In this document: positions 27,858 to 64,000 of the stretch, one piece after another | Numbering within the stretch: position 1 is the first letter of the stretch | Layout: every line of letters starts with the position of its first letter | Origin: Antedon mediterranea | Lineage: Eukaryota > Animalia > Echinodermata | NCBI RefSeq assembly: GCF_964355755.1 | Contig: NC_092674.1 | Location: 19,096,001 to 19,160,000 of the forward strand | Length of the DNA: 64,000 nt | Reading direction: 5' to 3' | Translations under genes and position numbers: made by a program | The notes under the pieces: model-generated | Seen by the model: only the letters and a program-made list of their open reading frames with translations | Told to the model about the DNA's origin: nothing | Databases searched by the model: none

Positions 27858-28992
27858 ATTAAACATACAAAATTAAACATACAAAATTAAACATACAGAA
27901 TAAGACATACAGAATAAGACATACAGAATAAGACATACAGAATAAGACATACAGAATAAGACATACAGAATAAGATATACAGAATAAGACATACAGAATA
28001 GGACATACAGAATATTACATACAGAATATTAACATACAGAATATTACACAGAATAAGACATACAGAATAAGACATACAGAATATTAACATACAGAATAAG
28101 ACATACAGAATAAGACATACAGAATATTAACATACAGAATATTAACATACAGAATAAGACATACAGAATAAGACATACAGAATAAGACATACAGAATAAG
28201 ACATACAGAATAAGACATACAGAATAAGACATACAGAATAAGACATACAGAATAAGACATACAGAATAAGACATACAGAATAAGACATACAGAATAAGAC
28301 ATACAGAATAAGATATACAGAATAAGATATTGAATTGAATTGAAATTTATATTTATACTGGGTAACCTCTTCAGTCAAAGACTGGTCTCCCAGAGGGCCC
28401 AGTTGGTGATCAGTGGCTGTGATGTACTAATACACCGGGGTAACCCCCTACTCGTCTCGAAAGATGTACTAGGTTCTTTAAAGTGCACACGTGCTAGATG
28501 TGTACACTGGACCTACGGTTTATAGTCCTTATCCGAGAAGACTCGTTCTACCACCAGAACCATGGAGCGAGTGAGCCTCGAACCCTTGCCGATGTTATGG
28601 CTACGTAATTACGGTTCCACTGTCTTAACCGCTCGGCCACTCACTCACTCAGAATAATATACAGAATAAGACATACAGAATAAGACATACAGAATAAGAC
28701 ATACAGAATAAGACATACAGAATAAGACATACAGAATAAGACATACAGAATAAGACATACAGAATATTAACATACAGAATATTAACACACAGAATATTAA
28801 CATACAGAATAAGACATACAGAATAAGATATACAGAATAAGACATACAGAATAAGACATACAGAATATTACATACAGAATATTAACATACAGAATATTAC
28901 ACAGAATATTAACATACAGAATAAGACATACAGAATAAGACATACAGAATATTACACAGAATATTAACATACAGAATAAGACATACAGAATC
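27858..28992. repeat. 14-bp minisatellite (TAAGACATACAGAA)n interrupted by a SINE
   Basis: Direct inspection; 14-aa periodic spurious ORFs. Confidence 0.95.
28330..28650 (-). mobile_element. Deu/Nin-domain SINE copy 2 inserted in the minisatellite
   Basis: ~220 bp nearly identical to 27460-27673; (TTGAA)n tail. Confidence 0.8.
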
Positions 28993-29603
28993 ACAATTCC
29001 TTTTCCCCGACTGCAAACTTTATTGAAAAGAAGTGACCCCTATCGGAAATATTTGAGATTAATAAATAGCAATCTTTATAAAAATACAATATTAAGAGTT
29101 GTTGTAGACAATTTGAACATAAACATTATTATTTGTATACATAACTTGGCCCTTGCAAATTATATAACTAATAAATCTATACAGTAGTGGAAGATCATAT
29201 TAGACAGTGGTGTTGTATTCAACATGTCCACATTATAAGCCTGTTTTTCACTAAACAAATTTATTTATACACAATTTCACAGTAATGTCACTGAAAAAAT
29301 TAAGGAATCTGAAAACAGTTTGCCAGATGAGAATATGAAGCACACAAACTGATACTTATATCTTGCTTAGTGTCAGACAGCTTGATGCTTTGCTCTAATG
29401 CTTATTCATATCTACACATTGTTTAACGCATTTAAGTTTTGTAAACATTACAGAAAAAATTATTTAGCACAAAAACATGTTTTAATAAAGTGAGATCAAC
29501 TTAAGTTTAGAATTTATAAATACCACTTAGCAACTCAATACACACGTAAAGTGTGTGAATTGACCCATAATTATAAGTTCAATGTGAACTAGTATTAATG
29601 TCT

Positions 29604-60424
<30,821 letters not shown>

Positions 60425-60645
60425 TATTGTTGAATAATTGTTCAGAAATACTGTTTGCAGCAGCATGTGTGTGGGTGTACTGTGTGTACGTACGTACGCT
60501 TGTGTCAAGCTAGCCGACAATAAGCCAGCCGACAATAAGCCAGCCCACTTTTATTTTTTCCAGCCGACAATAACTATGAAACGCCGTTTGTGTATTTTTC
60601 ACATTTTCAGTATTGTATTGGTTTTTATAGTATTAGAAATTCAAT
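60425..60645 (-). promoter_or_regulatory. Putative PCCA 5' UTR/core promoter with triplicated AGCCGACAATAA motif
   Basis: Lies directly upstream of predicted exon 1; AGCCGACAATAA at ~60512, 60527, 60562; CGTACGTACG at ~60489. Confidence 0.4.
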
Positions 60646-63600
60646 ATTTGTGAGAAAATGGCGGATTGCTCCTGGGAGTCACTTGGTGGAATTATATTAG
60701 GGTACCTACTTAGTCGTCCAGTATAAGTTAGGGTGGGACCACTGGTCCCGTTTACTCAGCCCTCATCTTTTAAATCTGAGTGTAACTCAATTCCGATTTT
60801 TAATATTATAGTGAAATTTGATACTGTATTTGTGAGAAAATGGCGGATTGCTCCTGGGAGTCACTTGGTGGGATTATACTAGGGTACCTCCTTTGTCGTC
60901 CAGTATAAGTTAGAGTAGGACCGCTGGTCCTGTTTACTCAGCCCTCATCTTTTAAATCTGAGTGTAACTCAATTACGATTTTTAATATTATAGTGAAATT
61001 TGATACTGTATTTGTGAGAAAATGGCGGATTGCTCCTGGGAGTCACTTGGTTGGATTATACTAGGGTACCTCCTTAGTCGTACAGTATAAGTTAGAGTAG
61101 GACCGCTGGCCCTGTTTACTCAGCCCTCATCTTTTAAATCTGAGTGTAACTCAATTACGATCTTTAATATTATAGTGAAATTTGATACTGTATTTGTGAG
61201 AAAATGGCGGATTGCTCCTAGGAGTCACTTGGTGGGATTATACTAGGGGACATCCTTAATCGTCCAGTATAAGTTAGAGTAGGACCGCTGGTCCCGTTTA
61301 CTCAGCCCTCATCTTTTAAATCTGAGTGTAACTCAATTACGATTTTTTATATAGTGAAATTTGATACTGTATTTGTGAGAAAATGGCGGATTGCTCCTGA
61401 GAGTCACTTGGTGGGATTATACTAGGGTACCTCCTTAGTCGTCCAGTATAACTTAGAGTAGGACCGCTGGTCTTGTTTACTCAGCCCTCATCTTTTAAAT
61501 CTAAGTGTAACTCAATTACGATTTTTAATATTATAGTGAAATTTGATACTGTATTTGTGAGAAAATGGCGGATTGCTCCTGGGAGTCACTTGGTGGGATT
61601 ATACTAGGGTACCTCCTTAGTCATCCAGTATAAGTTAGGGTGGGACCACTGGTCCCGTTTACTCAGCCCTCATCTTTTAAATCTGAGTGTAACTCAATTA
61701 CAATTTTTTATATAGTGAAATTTGATACTGTATTTGTGAGAAAATGGCGGATTGCTCCTGGGAGTCACTTGGTGGGATTATACTAGGGTACCTCATTAGT
61801 CGTCCAGTATAAGTTAGAGTAGGACCGCTGGTACTGTTTACTCAGCCCTCATCTTTTAAATCTGAGTGTAACTCAATTACGATTTTAAATATTATACTGA
61901 AATTTGGTACTGTATTTGTGAGAAAACGGCGGATTGCTCCTGGAAGTCACTCGGTGGGATTATACTAGGGTACCTCCTTAGTTGTCCAGTATAAGTTAGA
62001 GTAGGACCGCTGGTCTTGTTTACTCAGCCCTCATCTTTTAAATCTGAGTGTAACTCAATTACGATTTTTAATATTATAGTGAAATTTAATACTGTGTTTG
62101 TGAGAAAATGGTGGATTGCTCCTGGGAGTCACTTGGTGGGATTATACTAGGGTACCTCCTTAGTCGTCCAGTATAAGTTAGAGTAGGACCACTGGTCCTG
62201 TTTACTCAGCCCTCATCTTTTAAATCTGAGTGTAACTCAATTACGATTTTTAATATTATAGTGAAATTTGATACTGTATTTGTGAGAAAATGGCGGATTG
62301 CTCCTGGGAGTCACTTGGTGGGATTATACTTGGGTACCCCCTTAGTCGTCCAGTATAAGTTAGAGTAGGACCGCTGGCCCTGTTGACTCAGCCCTCATCT
62401 TTTAAATCTGAGTGTAACTCAATTACGATCTTTAATATTATAGTGAAATTTGATATTGTATTTGTGAGAAAATGGCGGATTGCTCCTGGGAGTCACTTGG
62501 TGGGATTGTACTAGGGTACCTCCTTAGTCGTCCAGTATAAGTTAGAGTAGGACCACTGGTCCTGTTTACTCAGCCCTCATCTTTTAAATCTGAGTGTAAC
62601 TAAATTACGATCTTTAATATTATAGTGAAATTTGATACTGTATTTGTGAGAAAATGGCGGATTGCTCCTAGTAGGAGTCACTTGGTTGGATTATACTAGG
62701 GTAACGCCTTAATCGTCCATTATAAGTTATAGTAGGACCGCTGGTCCCGTTTACTCAGCCCTCATCTTTTAAATCTGAGTGTAACTCAATTACGATTTTT
62801 TATATAGTGAATTTGATACTGTATTTGTGAGAAAATGGCGGATTGCTCCTGAGAGTCACTTGGTGGGATTATACTAGGGTACCTCCTTAGTCGTCCAGTA
62901 TAAGTTAGAGTAGCACCGCTGGTCTTGTTTACTCAGCCCTCATCTTTTAAATCTGAGTGTAACTCAATTACGATTTTTAATATTATAGTGAAATTTGATA
63001 CTGTATTTGTGAGAAAATGGCGGATTGCTCCTGGGAGTCACTTGGTGGGACTATACTAGGTTACCTCCTTAGTCGTTCAGTATAAGTTAGGGTGGGACCA
63101 CTGGTCCCGTTTACTCAGCCCTCATCTTTTAAATCTGAGTGTAACTCAATTCCGATTTTTAATATTATAGTGAAATTTGATACTGTATTTGTGAGAAAAT
63201 GGCGGATTGCTGCTCGGAGTCACTTGGTGGGATTATACTAGGGTACCTCCTTAGTCGTCCAGTATAAGTTAGAGTAGGACCACTTGTCCTGTTTACTCAG
63301 CCCTCATCTTTTAAATCTGAGTGTAACTCAATTACGATTTTTAATATTATAGTGAAATTTGATACTGTATTTGTGAGAAAATGGCGGATTGCTCCTGGGA
63401 GTCACTTGGTGGGATTATACTAGGGTACCTCCTTAGTCGTCCAGTATAAGTTAGAGTAGGACCGCTGGTCTTGTTTACTCAGCCCTCATCTTTTAAATCT
63501 GAGTGTAACTCAATTACGATTTTTAATATTATAGTGAAATTTGATACTGTATTTGTGAGAAAATGGCGGATTGCTCCTGGGAGTCACTTGGTGAGATTAT

Positions 63601-64000
63601 ACTAGGGTACCTCCTTAGTCATCCAGTATAAGTTAGAGTAGGACCACTGGTCCTGTTTACTCAGCCCTCATCTTTTAAATCTGAGTGTAACTCAATTACG
63701 ATCTTTAATATTATAGTGAAATTTGATACTGTATTTGTGAGAAAATGGCGGATTGGTCCTGGGAGTCACTTGGTGGGATTATACTAGGGGACCTCCTTAA
63801 TTGTCCAGTATAAGTTAAAATAGGACCGCTGGTCCCGTTTACTCAGCCCTCATCTTTTAAATCTGAATGTAACTCAATTACGATTTTTTATATAGTGAAA
63901 TTTGATACTGTATTTGTGAGAAAATGGCGGATTGCTCCTGGGAGTCACTTGGTGGGATTATACTAGGGTACCTCCTTAGTTGTCCAGTATAAGTTAGGGT
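60645..64000. repeat. 182-bp satellite array (179-bp variant), at least 18 copies, runs off window end
   Basis: AAAATGGCGG recurs with ATG at 60658, 60840, 61022, 61204, 61383, 61565, 61744 ... 63745, 63924. Confidence 0.97.

Noticed and set aside
60645-64000. CRISPR-like array, 5S/snRNA/SL RNA tandem genes or hammerhead retrozyme
   Set aside because: Whole units are repeated with no unique spacers; no recognisable 5S, U snRNA or CUGANGA...GAAA core on either strand

Overview
AT-rich animal (probably marine deuterostome/echinoderm-like; inferred from SINE types and intron style) nuclear DNA, not prokaryotic. By reading splice sites and phases by hand I assembled two intron-rich minus-strand genes: (1) a 21-exon, ~869-aa adhesion GPCR (22066->6538) with signal peptide, YWTD/LDLR-class-B-like repeats, Ser/Thr stalk, GAIN/GPS (HL|TSF) and 7TM, and (2) a 21-exon, ~715-aa propionyl-CoA carboxylase alpha chain PCCA (60424->29604). 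An intronless class A GPCR (43261-44262, +) is nested antisense in a PCCA intron. The rest is transposon debris (CR1/L2, Tx1, RTE, Rex-Babar-like LINE fragments, CORE and Deu SINEs, non-autonomous Helitrons/HINEs, MITEs, a Penelope GIY-YIG insertion with hammerhead-like repeats) and many tandem arrays (14, 39, 48, 50, 78/83, 84 and 182 bp units), the 182-bp satellite starting ~200 bp upstream of PCCA and running off the window end. All calls are from manual reading; no database searches were run.
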